From positions 414,560-478,559 of the forward strand of contig CAXBMO010000003.1 of assembly GCA_963977015.1 (NCBI GenBank): 64,000 nt of DNA. Reading direction: 5' to 3'. Shown here piece after piece: positions 18,754 through 29,172 of the stretch. Position 1 is the stretch's first letter. Each line of letters begins with the position of its first letter. The notes beneath the pieces were generated by a model that was not told the origin of the DNA, made no database searches, and saw only the letters and a program-made list of their open reading frames with translations. This DNA is from an uncultured bacterium (GTDB taxonomy: Bacteria; Verrucomicrobiota; Verrucomicrobiia; Verrucomicrobiales; DEV007). The position numbers were made by a program, and so were the translations under genes.

Positions 18754-19974
18754 TCAACGGATCCCGAAATGCCGGTTCAGCGGTTCCTGATAACTGTCAA
18801 TTGTGCCATTCTCGACCTCAGCCACCTTAACCTGACACTTCGCTTTGTCAGACTCCACCACCGCAAACGCACAGGCGAGATCCTTCAATCCTTCCTCTCC
18901 ACTCGTTTCCGGGTTGCCTCCCTGACGAATCGCCTCAAGCCAATCGTATTGAGCCAAGGCGAAGTCATCGGTTAGCCCAAGAGGCGTTTCAGGATGATGG
19001 GCAGACTCGAGGGACTGCATTTTCCCGTCATCCAAACTCATTGCGTCGCCCGTTAAACGACCACGGCTTCCATAAAAAACGGCTCCTTCTCCCGCCATCG
19101 TTGGCCCACCATGACCGGCCCAACTCCCATAGATCGTTCCTCTGGCTCCGGCGTGCGTTTCAAAGTTGGCAAAGAAGGTATCGTCCGCGTCGCAGTTGAT
19201 TTGCTCAAGCACGGCCCCGCTCAAATCTCGCGTGTAACGAATCGGCTCAATCACAGAGGTCTGGGCAGAGACGCTTTTTACCTCACCTCCCACGTAGCGA
19301 ACCATGTCAAACCAGTGAGGCCCCATGTCGAGAGCGATACCACCGGCTTCTTGCAACCGATGACGCCATGCCGTTTCTGCCACAATTTGATCTGGAGCCC
19401 ACCACGCACCTGCACAGCCGAAAAGCGCCATTTGAAGATCACCAAGCGGCCCTTCCGGACCGAATGCCCACTTCGTTCGCCGGATTCCCAACATGTACCG
19501 AAGATTCTCAAACACTCCGAACGTGACCCCAGCGGCTTCTGCTCGTTCGCACATCTGACGTGCCGCGCGAACCGTCACCGCCAAAGGCTTTTGAGACATC
19601 AAATGTTTCCCATTGGCGAAGGAAACATCGGCAACCTGATGATGAAGACTGTGAATCGTGAAGTCGTTGACTGCATCGATCGAGCCATTTTTGATCATCT
19701 CGCGATAATCCTCAAAAACCTCCACCTTCACTCCTGGCTGAAAGTCGGACAAATACTCATCGTCAATCGCCAACGGATCTCCCTCCATCGTCGAAACCGC
19801 CTTTCGCTGGGCCGGCCCCTCCCCGCGCTGAATGTAGCTGCGAGCGTCCGCTTCTTTTCGGGCGCAAAGAGCGGTGATCTGAAAGTCATCCACGCCAGCT
19901 TCCCGCAAAATCCGATATCCGCGAAGATGAGCCGCGAGGATGCGGCCGCAGCCGACGATGCCAATTCTGATCAT
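18754..19974 (-). CDS. Gfo/Idh/MocA-family oxidoreductase
   Basis: GIVGCG; KHLMSQKPLA; GGIALDMGPH. Confidence 0.9.
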   Translation of the reverse strand: MIRIGIVGCGRILAAHLRGYRILREAGVDDFQITALCARKEADARSYIQRGEGPAQRKAVSTMEGDPLAIDDEYLSDFQPGVKVEVFEDYREMIKNGSIDAVNDFTIHSLHHQVADVSFANGKHLMSQKPLAVTVRAARQMCERAEAAGVTFGVFENLRYMLGIRRTKWAFGPEGPLGDLQMALFGCAGAWWAPDQIVAETAWRHRLQEAGGIALDMGPHWFDMVRYVGGEVKSVSAQTSVIEPIRYTRDLSGAVLEQINCDADDTFFANFETHAGARGTIYGSWAGHGGPTMAGEGAVFYGSRGRLTGDAMSLDDGKMQSLESAHHPETPLGLTDDFALAQYDWLEAIRQGGNPETSGEEGLKDLACAFAVVESDKAKCQVKVAEVENGTIDSYQEPLNRHFGIR

Positions 19975-20019
19975 GATTCGAAATCTGCCGAGCGCCCGCC
20001 TGGCCGCAACGGGAAGTTT

Positions 20020-20481
20020 TTACGAGTCGGATGCGTCCTCGCCCTCAAGGAGTTGCTTCATCTCCACCCACCCCGCAGGTAGGTAGTAAACCTCGCTGAT
20101 CCCGAGATCCCGCAAATCCTCCGCCACCACTCGGCTCCTCCAGCAACTCAGACTATCGCAGTAGACGATAATCGCCTTCTCGGTGGAAGTGAGTGTCTCG
20201 AAGTGTTCGAGCAGGAGATCGTTCCAATTCTCTTTGTTCAGAAGCAGGGCTCCGGGCTGGTGGCCCGCCTCAAATTTCTCCGTGGTTCGCGAATCGAGCC
20301 ATAGAACGTCGTTGTTCCAGCGCGTCGCGACATCTTCCAAGGTAACCTTCCATGGGTCGAACTTTGCCGCTCGCTTCATTTGCCAATCCGGGGCCTTCGG
20401 ATGGACGCACATCGTCATCACCCCGGCGACCAAGGTGAGTCCAATGAGAATCGAAATCTGCCGTAGGAGATCCGTCGTCAC
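20020..20481 (-). CDS. Membrane-anchored rhodanese-like protein
   Basis: WLDSR...FEAGHQPGA, IVYCDSLSC and YLPAGW. Confidence 0.8.
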   Translation of the reverse strand: MTTDLLRQISILIGLTLVAGVMTMCVHPKAPDWQMKRAAKFDPWKVTLEDVATRWNNDVLWLDSRTTEKFEAGHQPGALLLNKENWNDLLLEHFETLTSTEKAIIVYCDSLSCWRSRVVAEDLRDLGISEVYYLPAGWVEMKQLLEGEDASDS

Positions 20482-20487
20482 TGGATA

Positions 20488-21150
20488 TCAATCCTCTTTG
20501 GCGATTCGAAAGAACGTCATTTGACGCTGCTGCTCCGGAATTTCGCAATCCGTCTCAATTCTCACCACACCGAGCATCGTGGAATCGGTGTCCTTTGGCG
20601 TCAGTTCAATCTCATAGAGCCTGCCTTCCTCGATGACATGGAGCTCAGCCGTTACATTCTTTCGCGATGGAACCACCTCCAAAACACGGATCGGTTCAGG
20701 CCGCAGCACCTTAAAGACCACCTTCTTGGGGCCGGGGCTTTCGTTGAGATCCCACATCGCCATTTTCGGCTCAATGGAAAGAATCTCTGGGATCGACACT
20801 CTGACGGCCAACCGCGTGGCGGTTCGACCATCGCCCTTGGAATGAACCGTGATCGCTTTTTCCACGATTCCGGTCAGACCTTTGACAAAAAATTCCGCCT
20901 CGACGATCCCCGCCTCTCCTGGCTTATACACCTTTTTATCGCTCGTCGCCTTGAGGCACCCACAAGTGGAATCGATCAACCCGATTTCCACTGGCGTTTT
21001 CCCCTCGTTGGTGAATTTGAATTCAGCGAGGACTGACGCATCACCAATCTTCGCGTCCCGTTCCAGGATTTCGGCTTCGAAGTTAAGCTTTGCATGGGCC
21101 ACCGCCCCCAAAAATAGGCTCCAGATGGTGCACGCAATCAGGGTTTTCAT
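20488..21150 (-). CDS. Exported DUF1573-domain protein
   Basis: Signal peptide; FKFTNEG..P..I....STCGC.......Y.PGE. Confidence 0.85.
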   Translation of the reverse strand: MKTLIACTIWSLFLGAVAHAKLNFEAEILERDAKIGDASVLAEFKFTNEGKTPVEIGLIDSTCGCLKATSDKKVYKPGEAGIVEAEFFVKGLTGIVEKAITVHSKGDGRTATRLAVRVSIPEILSIEPKMAMWDLNESPGPKKVVFKVLRPEPIRVLEVVPSRKNVTAELHVIEEGRLYEIELTPKDTDSTMLGVVRIETDCEIPEQQRQMTFFRIAKED

Positions 21151-21187
21151 GAGGCTAAACTAGTCCGGTAACCGGTGCATGCAAAGC

Positions 21188-21222
21188 GAAAGAGGAGCGC
21201 CCAAAACGGACACTCCTCTTCG
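21188..21222 (-). terminator. Probable terminator hairpin after mscL
   Basis: Minus strand AAGAGGAGTGTCC...GGGCGCTCCTCTT with a short U-rich tail. Confidence 0.6.
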
Positions 21223-21248
21223 TAAATTCGCAATCTTTTCAGTGCCTG

Positions 21249-21677
21249 TCAGCCTTTCTTCGCCAGCAAATCCCGAATCTCCGTGAGAAGCACTTCCTCT
21301 CTGCCGGGTTCGGGCGCCTTTTCAGGTTCCTCTTCCTTTTTCTTCTCAAACTTGGCCTTCGCCTCGTTGTAGAACTTCACCATCAGGAAGATACAGAAAC
21401 CGATGATAACCAACGAAATGATGTCATTGATGAAGGTTCCGTAATTGATGGCAACCGCTTCCACCGCAGCGGCGTCACCTTCCGCAGGCTTGGCGTCTTG
21501 AAGCGTGATCTTCAAATTGCTGAAGTCGATTCCCCCTAAAACCAGACCAATCGGAGGCATGATCACGTTGTTGACGAGCGATTTGATCACGGTGCCGAAG
21601 GCGGCGCCAATGATGATTCCAACTGCCATGTCGAGCATGTTGCCTTTAAGGATGAAATCTCTAAATTCTTTGAGCAT
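21249..21677 (-). CDS. mscL: Large-conductance mechanosensitive channel
   Basis: MLKEFRDFILKGNMLDMAVGIIIGAAF...LLTEIRDLL. Confidence 0.98.
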   Translation of the reverse strand: MLKEFRDFILKGNMLDMAVGIIIGAAFGTVIKSLVNNVIMPPIGLVLGGIDFSNLKITLQDAKPAEGDAAAVEAVAINYGTFINDIISLVIIGFCIFLMVKFYNEAKAKFEKKKEEEPEKAPEPGREEVLLTEIRDLLAKKG

Positions 21678-21743
21678 AGCGATATTCTGATAAGGTTAGG
21701 GATCTAATTCGACATGAAAGTTTACTTAGGGTCAATGTTAAAG

Positions 21744-22328
21744 TCACGACTTTGGACCGGGCATGTCTTCGCGAGTGTTCACATTGACGAAGTATCGGCG
21801 ATCCTCCTCGGACAAAACACGTTCCCTGACGAAGCCCTTTTGGGCCGCCTCTTTCACCAATCCCTGCAGCGATAAATCGTCGCTGCGGAGGCGCTCATTG
21901 GCAATTTCGCGCACTCCACTTGTTGGATACACTGCGACCAAGGGTTCCCAAAACCCATCCTCCCAACGAGTTACGACGCCACAATCCGGAGTCGATTCGC
22001 CTATTAACCCCGCGAGGAATTCGATTGGCATTTGCGGCAAATCCACGGCCAGAATAACCAACAGTGGATCCTTCGCCTGATTCAAACAGGCACTGACTCC
22101 CCCCAACGGACCTCGCTCTTCCAGCGCGTCGTGAACGCGGAGAAAAGTATGTTCTGCGGGAAAATGTTGATCCTTCCGGCAGGAAACGAGGAGTTCCGAC
22201 GGACTCAAGGCCTCAAGTTTGGCCAGTTGAGAGCGCCAGAGAGGTTTGCCTTCCCATACTGCAAACGCCTTGTCACTGCCAAAGCGCTTCGAGCGGCCTC
22301 CGGCAATCAATGCGGCGGAAAAGCTCAC
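21744..22328 (-). CDS. mobA: Molybdenum cofactor guanylyltransferase
   Basis: AGGRSKRFGSDKA, GPLGG, AVDLP, EPLVAVY and NVNT. Confidence 0.92.
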   Translation of the reverse strand: MSFSAALIAGGRSKRFGSDKAFAVWEGKPLWRSQLAKLEALSPSELLVSCRKDQHFPAEHTFLRVHDALEERGPLGGVSACLNQAKDPLLVILAVDLPQMPIEFLAGLIGESTPDCGVVTRWEDGFWEPLVAVYPTSGVREIANERLRSDDLSLQGLVKEAAQKGFVRERVLSEEDRRYFVNVNTREDMPGPKS

Positions 22329-22783
22329 GATCCACTCCGTAGAACCCCATCGCTGAGAATCCGAGCCCGAAGGCCACCATGTCCCTTCAGAGCTTCATGA
22401 GCTCCGTCGGCAAAGGCCTGATCCATCCAGTAACAAGGCCTGCACTCCTCCGTGCCATGAAACCGAATGCCTTGAATTTCAAAGTCCTCACCGATCAGGG
22501 TATTCAAATCGACATCATCCACGATCACATTGCGGCGGAAGGCTTTTGGGGACTTGTCAGCAACCTGAAACTGATCACAAAGCCGATCGTAGACCGACTT
22601 CGCAAAGAACGTGATTTGCCCTTTGTAATCCGGCTTGTGGTCTAAAAACCGGTCACCTTTGATTCCGCGGTTGGCGATGCACTCCACTTCGTCCACCTCG
22701 ACCATCGGATCGGTGCCCGGCTCCTTGCCGTGGTGTCCGAAATAGGTGTGTGCGTCAGAAATGTAAAGGTGGAGGATCTTCAC
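22325..22783 (-). CDS. MOSC-domain protein
   Basis: GIKGDRF, FRRNV, CRPC and GGLRARI. Confidence 0.88.
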   Translation of the reverse strand: MKILHLYISDAHTYFGHHGKEPGTDPMVEVDEVECIANRGIKGDRFLDHKPDYKGQITFFAKSVYDRLCDQFQVADKSPKAFRRNVIVDDVDLNTLIGEDFEIQGIRFHGTEECRPCYWMDQAFADGAHEALKGHGGLRARILSDGVLRSGS

Positions 22784-23763
22784 TCAAAAATCCGGATATT
22801 CGCATCGCGTCGCAACCGAGCCAACCAGGCGTCCACCTTGCTTTGCCGTTTGTTTTGCAGCACCCGACGATGAACCTCGTCTTCCACTTCGTCCAACGGG
22901 GTGATTTTCCCCAACTCGCGAGCTTCCACGTAAACCAAGGTATAAAAGCTGCCGAGATCGATGATCTCACTGACCGACTGTGGTGCAATGGTGAAGGCTG
23001 CTTCGGCCAACTGGGAATTCAGGTCTGCCTTGGAGAAGGTTCCACGCTCACCGCCATTTGGCGCGCCACTATCAACGCTATGGGTTCTTGCCATGGTCGC
23101 AAAGTCCGCTCCGGAGCGAAGCTTCGACAGAATTTCTTCGACCAATGCCTTTTGCGAAGCGCCGGAATTGGGATCCCCCTCCGCCGTCTTCGGAATTGTA
23201 ATTGTCCGAATTTTGACGAATCCATCCGAGCTGAACAGCGAAGGATTCTCTTTCCAGAATTTCTCTCGCTCAACAGGAGTGACAATCACGTCATCAACCC
23301 CGGCATTTCGACTCCGCATCGCCTGAACGATGATCGTTTCACGCTGCAACTCCCGAAATTGTTTAATGGTTAGACCGCTGCCTGATAGTTCCTTGTAAAA
23401 CTGGTTCCGGTCTCCCCCAAATCGCTCTCGGACGAACCGATCCACCGCTTGGTCAACGTGTTGATCTCGGATCTCAGCGCCGAGTTCCTTAAACTGGCTG
23501 AGGATCAGCTCACGATCGATCAAATCCCGCAGGGCATTTCGCTCAATTTCGCGAACCCGCGCTTCCAAGGCACTCGCACTCAACCGGCGTCCCTCTTGCA
23601 ACACCAACAGGTGAACCTGGGTTTGAGCCGTATTACGAACTTCCGACTTGGTAATAACCTGGTTATTGACGACGGCAGCGATGCCATTTACTTCCGTTGC
23701 AGCATGTGCTTGTAGGATCGCAGCAGCCAATGCTCCTGTGAGGAAGAGAATTCTTTTTTTCAT
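22780..23763 (-). CDS. SurA/PpiC-type peptidyl-prolyl isomerase
   Basis: Signal peptide; IAAVVNNQVIT; GADFATMARTHS-D...GGERG; one parvulin domain. Confidence 0.9.
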   Translation of the reverse strand: MKKRILFLTGALAAAILQAHAATEVNGIAAVVNNQVITKSEVRNTAQTQVHLLVLQEGRRLSASALEARVREIERNALRDLIDRELILSQFKELGAEIRDQHVDQAVDRFVRERFGGDRNQFYKELSGSGLTIKQFRELQRETIIVQAMRSRNAGVDDVIVTPVEREKFWKENPSLFSSDGFVKIRTITIPKTAEGDPNSGASQKALVEEILSKLRSGADFATMARTHSVDSGAPNGGERGTFSKADLNSQLAEAAFTIAPQSVSEIIDLGSFYTLVYVEARELGKITPLDEVEDEVHRRVLQNKRQSKVDAWLARLRRDANIRIFE

Positions 23764-23971
23764 GTGAGGAGGATCTTTATCCGATAAGAAGATGGGGAGC
23801 GATAGAGGCAACGATCCAGCGCCAATTTCCGCATTGTATCGGATAGCTTGGTGCCGTCAATGCGGTATTTCATAAAACCTAACATTTTCCGAAGCGTCCC
23901 AGAATTTCAGCGCTTTGACGGAAAGGCTAGATCTCTTCTTCAGCCGGAATCATGACCTTTTCCTTTCACGG

Positions 23972-24757
23972 CTACTCTAATTGAGCAACTGCTGTCTGCG
24001 GAATTTGGATCAGAATGGGACTCGCTGAGGAATCCAGCCACGAAAGAAGCTCAGTCAGATCCTCCCTGCTCATTGCCGTGCAACCTGCGGTGGGATGGTC
24101 AGGACTTCTCCAAACATGCAGAAAAATCGCACTACCAGCTCCTGGTTTCGACGGATCCATATTGTGCCGGATCACCACTCCGAACTCATAGAGGTGATCG
24201 TCTCGTCGCATCCGCTCAAATGATCCCCATCGGTCTTCAGGCTTCGCTTCGAAGTTTTTTTCCTTGGTTCCGTTCCATTGAACCCAGCGGTTGTAGTCAG
24301 GAGATTCAGGGTTATCCACGAACAAGTCGATCCCGGTGGATTGCCGATACCGCAGTTTTGGGTTTCCAGAGAACTCAGGCGCATAGCCAAAGCCTGTTCC
24401 CAGTTCAAAAATTCCAGCAGGAGCCCGCCCGTCGCCTTCCCGCTTGCCTTGTTCCTTTTCGGTTGGCTCAGGGTGAAGTCCTCGTCCCCAACCAAGCCCC
24501 GCCCGCCCGACGACTACCGGGACCGATGCTTCTACCCTTTTCCAGTTTCCTTCAGCCTCCTTCACGTAGCGCTGCAGCGTCCCCTTGGTCGCAGTCCAGT
24601 GACGAGTCGTCACCAACAAGACCTGTTCGCAAGCATCAGGAAGATGCTTTTCGAATCGTTTGGGAGATGGGTCGGTCATTCCCTTGGGCATAGCCAGTTG
24701 AGCAAGAACCACGCTCATGAGCGCTTGAGCAAGGAAACGGTGATTTCGCGGCAACAA
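23972..24757 (-). CDS. L,D-transpeptidase (YkuD-like) family protein
   Basis: VGRAGLGWG, KREGDGRAPAG and GSAIFLHVW...TAGC (His/Cys catalytic motif). Confidence 0.85.
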   Translation of the reverse strand: MLPRNHRFLAQALMSVVLAQLAMPKGMTDPSPKRFEKHLPDACEQVLLVTTRHWTATKGTLQRYVKEAEGNWKRVEASVPVVVGRAGLGWGRGLHPEPTEKEQGKREGDGRAPAGIFELGTGFGYAPEFSGNPKLRYRQSTGIDLFVDNPESPDYNRWVQWNGTKEKNFEAKPEDRWGSFERMRRDDHLYEFGVVIRHNMDPSKPGAGSAIFLHVWRSPDHPTAGCTAMSREDLTELLSWLDSSASPILIQIPQTAVAQLE

Positions 24758-24775
24758 ACTGATACCTGGAGAAGA

Positions 24776-25849
24776 TTAGGAAAGTAACGGCAGCGCCCGC
24801 TTCTCGATGGCGCTCTGGTAGGCCGTATCGACGATTTGTTGACCAATGCGGCTGACTTCAACGGAAAGGGGGCCTTCAACCGGAAGATCGCGCTCCAAGC
24901 GATCTATCAAATATTGGATCGGATTTTGAAATGGAGCCTCAATTGAGGGAACGGGAATCGGATACCCGGCCGGCTGTTCCCGGGTTTGCACCCAGAGTTC
25001 CTGGGTGTAATCCGGAATCCCGATGGTCCCCTCCGTTCCGACCAGCACGAAACCGCATTTGGGTTGTGGTTGGTGGGTCCAGGGATCCGTGAAGGTTCCC
25101 CAACGCGTTTCGAATTTGGAAAGACCGGACTCGTAGCGGGCAATGGCGATGGCGTGCTCATCAACCTCCAAGGCGTTGGGATCATCCGTCAGGCACATGA
25201 CCTCGATCGGTTTCCGATTATCCAGATACCACGTCCCCAAGGTCGCACCGTAACCCATGTAATCCAGCAGGCTTCCCCCACCCTCGGCTTTGCGGTAGAA
25301 CCAACTCGCGGCCTTTTCTTCCGCCGACGGCTCCTTTTCGGTCTTGTCTGCTCCGTGATACAGTGGACCCCGGTTTCCTCCGTAGGTATGAACCTCTCGG
25401 ATGGTACCGATCAGCCCTTCCTGAACTTTTTGATACGCATGATGATGGGCATCCATCCAGCGGAGTGGCCAGTTGATCGCGAGTTGCTTTCCCGTCGGGG
25501 CCATGGCTTCGATCATTCGGTCCGCTTCAGCCACCGAAGCGGCAAAAGGCTTCTCCATGAGGATGTGAACCCCGTAGCCGGCCACTTTTTCGGTCCATTC
25601 CGCGTGCCGAGCAGCAGCAGGGCAAAGCACCACAATGTCAGGCTCGGTCGCTTCCAGGCACTGTGCGAAATCGGTGAAGACTCGATCCTCTGGAATCGCA
25701 AACTTCACCATCGCTTCTTCCATTCGCGACCGATCTTCATCGCTGATCCCCACCAACTCCGCACTGGGATGCTCATGAACCATCCTCAGCAGATCGCCCA
25801 TGTGGAAATGGTCGAAATTGATCCCAGCAATTTTCCAAATCTTGCTCAT
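24776..25849 (-). CDS. Gfo/Idh/MocA-family oxidoreductase
   Basis: [20 protein letters not shown]. Confidence 0.9.
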   Translation of the reverse strand: MSKIWKIAGINFDHFHMGDLLRMVHEHPSAELVGISDEDRSRMEEAMVKFAIPEDRVFTDFAQCLEATEPDIVVLCPAAARHAEWTEKVAGYGVHILMEKPFAASVAEADRMIEAMAPTGKQLAINWPLRWMDAHHHAYQKVQEGLIGTIREVHTYGGNRGPLYHGADKTEKEPSAEEKAASWFYRKAEGGGSLLDYMGYGATLGTWYLDNRKPIEVMCLTDDPNALEVDEHAIAIARYESGLSKFETRWGTFTDPWTHQPQPKCGFVLVGTEGTIGIPDYTQELWVQTREQPAGYPIPVPSIEAPFQNPIQYLIDRLERDLPVEGPLSVEVSRIGQQIVDTAYQSAIEKRALPLLS

Positions 25850-27180
25850 TCGGTCGCCAATTTATCTTCGTTCTTGGAATTCGGGTTACGGAATACCACG
25901 ACGAAAATGACCAAAATGATCAACGCAAAGATGGCTGGTTTCATCCAGAGCGGCTTCCATTCCAAGGCCGCCAGTTCCTCATGCCGCGCTTCATCCCGCT
26001 GCGCAATCAACTGCTCCGCCGCATCGCCCTCCGCCTCCGCGATTTGATCATTCAAACCGGCCACTTTGGCGGCCAGTTCGATTGCCGCAGGCGGCGTATG
26101 ACTGGCTTCAATTTTCGCGGCGACCTGCGCTCCGACAAACATCCCCAATCCAAGTGTAAACAAGACCAGCATTCCCTGAGCCTGCCCCCGGATTTTTTGA
26201 GGAGCGACTTTGTCCGTATAAATCTGCCCGGTGACGAAGAAGAAGTCATAGCAGATTCCGTGGAGAACGATTCCACCAACAATCATCCAGACAATCTCGG
26301 ATGGGGCGCCAATTGCGAAGAGATAGTAACGCACCACCCATGCCAGCATTCCGACCGCCAACATCCATTTGACGCCCAGCTTCCGGAAAAACAGTGGCAT
26401 CACGACCATGAAGAGAATCTCCGACATCTGACCATACGTCATGGTTCGGCCGATGGGTTCACCAACCAATTCCACAACCCGGCTGGTAATCTGATAGTAG
26501 AACGCGAGAGGGATGCAGATCAGAGTCGACGCCACGATGAAGACCAAATAGGAGGGATTCTTCAACAGGACGAGCGCATCCAATCCGAGAATCTCCCGAA
26601 GCGTCACCTTCGTTCCCTTGTCTGCCGGCGTATCGGGAAGCAAAAAACTGAAAATCCCCAGAATAATGGCTGCGCAAGCCGTGAGATGAAACATGGAGAC
26701 CGTTTTTTCCCACCCGACCTGCGTGAGAACAAGACCAGCGGCAATCCAGCCGATCGTTCCCCAAACCCGAATTTTGGGAAATTCCTTCTCCGGGTCGGTC
26801 ATGTTGCGCATCGCCAAGGTATTGGTGAGGGCGAGCGTTGGGAAGTAGGTCAACATGTATCCAAAAAACAGCAGGTTGATGTGATTTGGAACGGGTGAGT
26901 CTACCACCATGAGCCTGGTGGCCCCAAACATGATGAGACCGCCCAGAATGTGCATCACGCCCAAAACGCGCTGAGCGGCAAAAAACCGATCTGCGATCAT
27001 CCCGACAAAGAAGGGCGAGATCATCCCTGCGATGGGCCCAACCGAGTAGGTCCAGCCGAAGTCCTCGGCTTGGAATCCGATTCCGCTGAGATAGTTGGGT
27101 GCGGTCACATACCAGGATCCCCAGATAAAGAACTGGAAGAACATCATGACCGAAAGGCGTATTAGGATATTGGCGCTCAT
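25846..27180 (-). CDS. MFS nucleoside:H+ symporter family (NupG/YegT-like)
   Basis: [37 protein letters not shown] and [16 protein letters not shown]. Confidence 0.92.
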   Translation of the reverse strand: MSANILIRLSVMMFFQFFIWGSWYVTAPNYLSGIGFQAEDFGWTYSVGPIAGMISPFFVGMIADRFFAAQRVLGVMHILGGLIMFGATRLMVVDSPVPNHINLLFFGYMLTYFPTLALTNTLAMRNMTDPEKEFPKIRVWGTIGWIAAGLVLTQVGWEKTVSMFHLTACAAIILGIFSFLLPDTPADKGTKVTLREILGLDALVLLKNPSYLVFIVASTLICIPLAFYYQITSRVVELVGEPIGRTMTYGQMSEILFMVVMPLFFRKLGVKWMLAVGMLAWVVRYYLFAIGAPSEIVWMIVGGIVLHGICYDFFFVTGQIYTDKVAPQKIRGQAQGMLVLFTLGLGMFVGAQVAAKIEASHTPPAAIELAAKVAGLNDQIAEAEGDAAEQLIAQRDEARHEELAALEWKPLWMKPAIFALIILVIFVVVFRNPNSKNEDKLATE

Positions 27181-27242
27181 GGGATTTCGTGCGTGGTGGC
27201 CTAGAGTGGAGCCCATCTCGCCCCATTTGTGAACCGAAAAAG

Positions 27243-28085
27243 TTATCGGCTCAAGGTCCACCGCTCCCCACACCGCAAAACCCGGCACGGTTGGCGAAAT
27301 CGCTCACAACTTTCCCGGAAAAGTTCGGGAGTCTCCGTATTGAATTCAAACATCTCGAAATGGTGGGGAATCGCAATTCCCGCGCCACAACCTCTGGCGA
27401 CCGCCGCAGCCTCAAGACCATCCAGATTTCCAGCAACGCGCCGCGACTCCCGAAAGCCGTTGATCGGCACCAACGCGACGTCCGGCTGGAACGGAGCGAT
27501 CTGCCTGACCAAGCCCTCATGCCACATGGTGTCGCCGCTGTGATAGACACAGAACTCCCCAAAACGAACCACGAAGCCCAAATACCGGCACTGGCCAAGC
27601 TCGTCACGATCAACCTCGTTGTGAGCGGCTGCGATCCCGGTGAACTGAAATGGCCCAACCTCCAGGGTTACTCCATCGTTCAGGCCAATCATTTCGATCA
27701 CCGACGTTCCCAATCGGCCTTCGGCAAACCCGATGTTTGCCTTGGGCAGGACCAACCGTGCGCCTGGATTGGCCCTCGCCAACGCCAACAGCGTATCCTT
27801 GTCCAAATGGTCGGTGTGATTGTGGCTCGAGGTGATGACGTCCAAACCTCCGATCTGCGATGGGTCGACGACCAACTCCGTCATCCGAACATGTGGTTTG
27901 TCAGTTTCCGCATATTTCAGCGAGAGCGAATCCGAAAGATACGGGTCGAACAAGAGTCTTCGAGCCCCCCATTTGATCAGAAAGCCGCTCTGCCCTAACC
28001 ACCAGACATGGAGGCATTTCTGGTCTTCGCGACTGGTTTCAATGTCCTCCAACAGCTCATCGTTTTTCTGAAAAGGCCGAATCAT
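27243..28085 (-). CDS. MBL-fold metallo-hydrolase (UlaG-like)
   Basis: [28 protein letters not shown] and IPHH. Confidence 0.9.
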   Translation of the reverse strand: MIRPFQKNDELLEDIETSREDQKCLHVWWLGQSGFLIKWGARRLLFDPYLSDSLSLKYAETDKPHVRMTELVVDPSQIGGLDVITSSHNHTDHLDKDTLLALARANPGARLVLPKANIGFAEGRLGTSVIEMIGLNDGVTLEVGPFQFTGIAAAHNEVDRDELGQCRYLGFVVRFGEFCVYHSGDTMWHEGLVRQIAPFQPDVALVPINGFRESRRVAGNLDGLEAAAVARGCGAGIAIPHHFEMFEFNTETPELFRESCERFRQPCRVLRCGERWTLSR

Positions 28086-28157
28086 GTTCTGCAAGGCTAA
28101 AAATTGTCTAGTAGTGCGTCTTGAATCCCAAAACTTTTCGTGTTCTGTCAGTCCCAA

Positions 28158-29168
28158 ATGGAGACGTTTACAATCGATCGGCCAAATCCCGTCCGCGTTA
28201 GTGACTTATTTCGTCGCTTTGACCGGGTTGCATCTGAAATTGAACCCGCTAACCTGAAAAAGAAGTTGGAGAACGGGTTACTGTTTGCTCAGGGAGGCCG
28301 ATTCCGGGAAATCGACGCCGAAGTGACCTGCAAGGGCAAGAAACACCCGCTCAAGATTACCTTCGGAGAAGCGCGAATCGATGTCGAAGTGCCTGCCGCG
28401 CTCCTGAAAATCGCTTTGAAAGCCGAAGAAAAAGCCGCAGCGGAGGAAGCGGCCCGGGCAGCGGAAGCCGATGCGAACGAGCCCAAAATCGCCAAATTCG
28501 AGAACGATTGTCCAGCCGCATTTGAACTGGCCTTTCAGGATGACTGGAAAGTCGAAGTTGGAAACTCGGTCATGAACTTCGAGAATATCCGGTTGGGCGA
28601 CTTCAATACGGGTTGCGCGCAATTGATCGCCAGCGGACCAAAGACCTACAACGATCAGCCTCCTTTTGCTTACAATTTCCCGGTAGGCAGTGCTGACGTC
28701 GAACTGGCGATCGCCGATTTGTTGACCGAACAGCGGGTCGCCTACGCCCGGCTCAAATTCTCCAGCGCCAAGCCAATTCGCTGGGAATACGCTCGCGTCG
28801 AAAAAGAGCGGGTTCCCACCGACACGAAACTTGGGAAAGGCTTCGTCTATGGCGGCACCTGTTGCTTCATCAGCACCAAGTTGGCAATGCTGCTCGGCAA
28901 GGACAACACGCTGCGAAAGAAGATCGACGCCTCTCAGAAGGAGTTCATGAATGACACCATGACCGAAACCTGGGGCTGGGCTCTAACTGAGCACGAAGGA
29001 GAATCCTACGTGATGTTCAGCAACGGAAGTAGTGGCGAAGGCGACTCCTACAACCCCGATGGCGCATTCCGCAGCTACGTGGGCTACGATGGCGATGGCC
29101 AGATTTGTCGCCTCCTGACCGATTTCGAGGTCCTCCCATTCGAGGACTCGCAAACGATCAAATCCTGA
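28158..29168 (+). CDS. Hypothetical protein with a C-terminal DUF4241-like domain
   Basis: RVAYARLKFS...W; FSNG..GEG.....YVGYDGDGQICRLLTDF. Confidence 0.65.
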   Translation: METFTIDRPNPVRVSDLFRRFDRVASEIEPANLKKKLENGLLFAQGGRFREIDAEVTCKGKKHPLKITFGEARIDVEVPAALLKIALKAEEKAAAEEAARAAEADANEPKIAKFENDCPAAFELAFQDDWKVEVGNSVMNFENIRLGDFNTGCAQLIASGPKTYNDQPPFAYNFPVGSADVELAIADLLTEQRVAYARLKFSSAKPIRWEYARVEKERVPTDTKLGKGFVYGGTCCFISTKLAMLLGKDNTLRKKIDASQKEFMNDTMTETWGWALTEHEGESYVMFSNGSSGEGDSYNPDGAFRSYVGYDGDGQICRLLTDFEVLPFEDSQTIKS

Positions 29169-29172
29169 CGGC

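Noticed and set aside
19111-27998. Long plus-strand ORFs (19111-20082, 24986-26047, 25981-26898, 27189-27998)
   Set aside because: They lie antisense to well-supported genes and carry no motifs.
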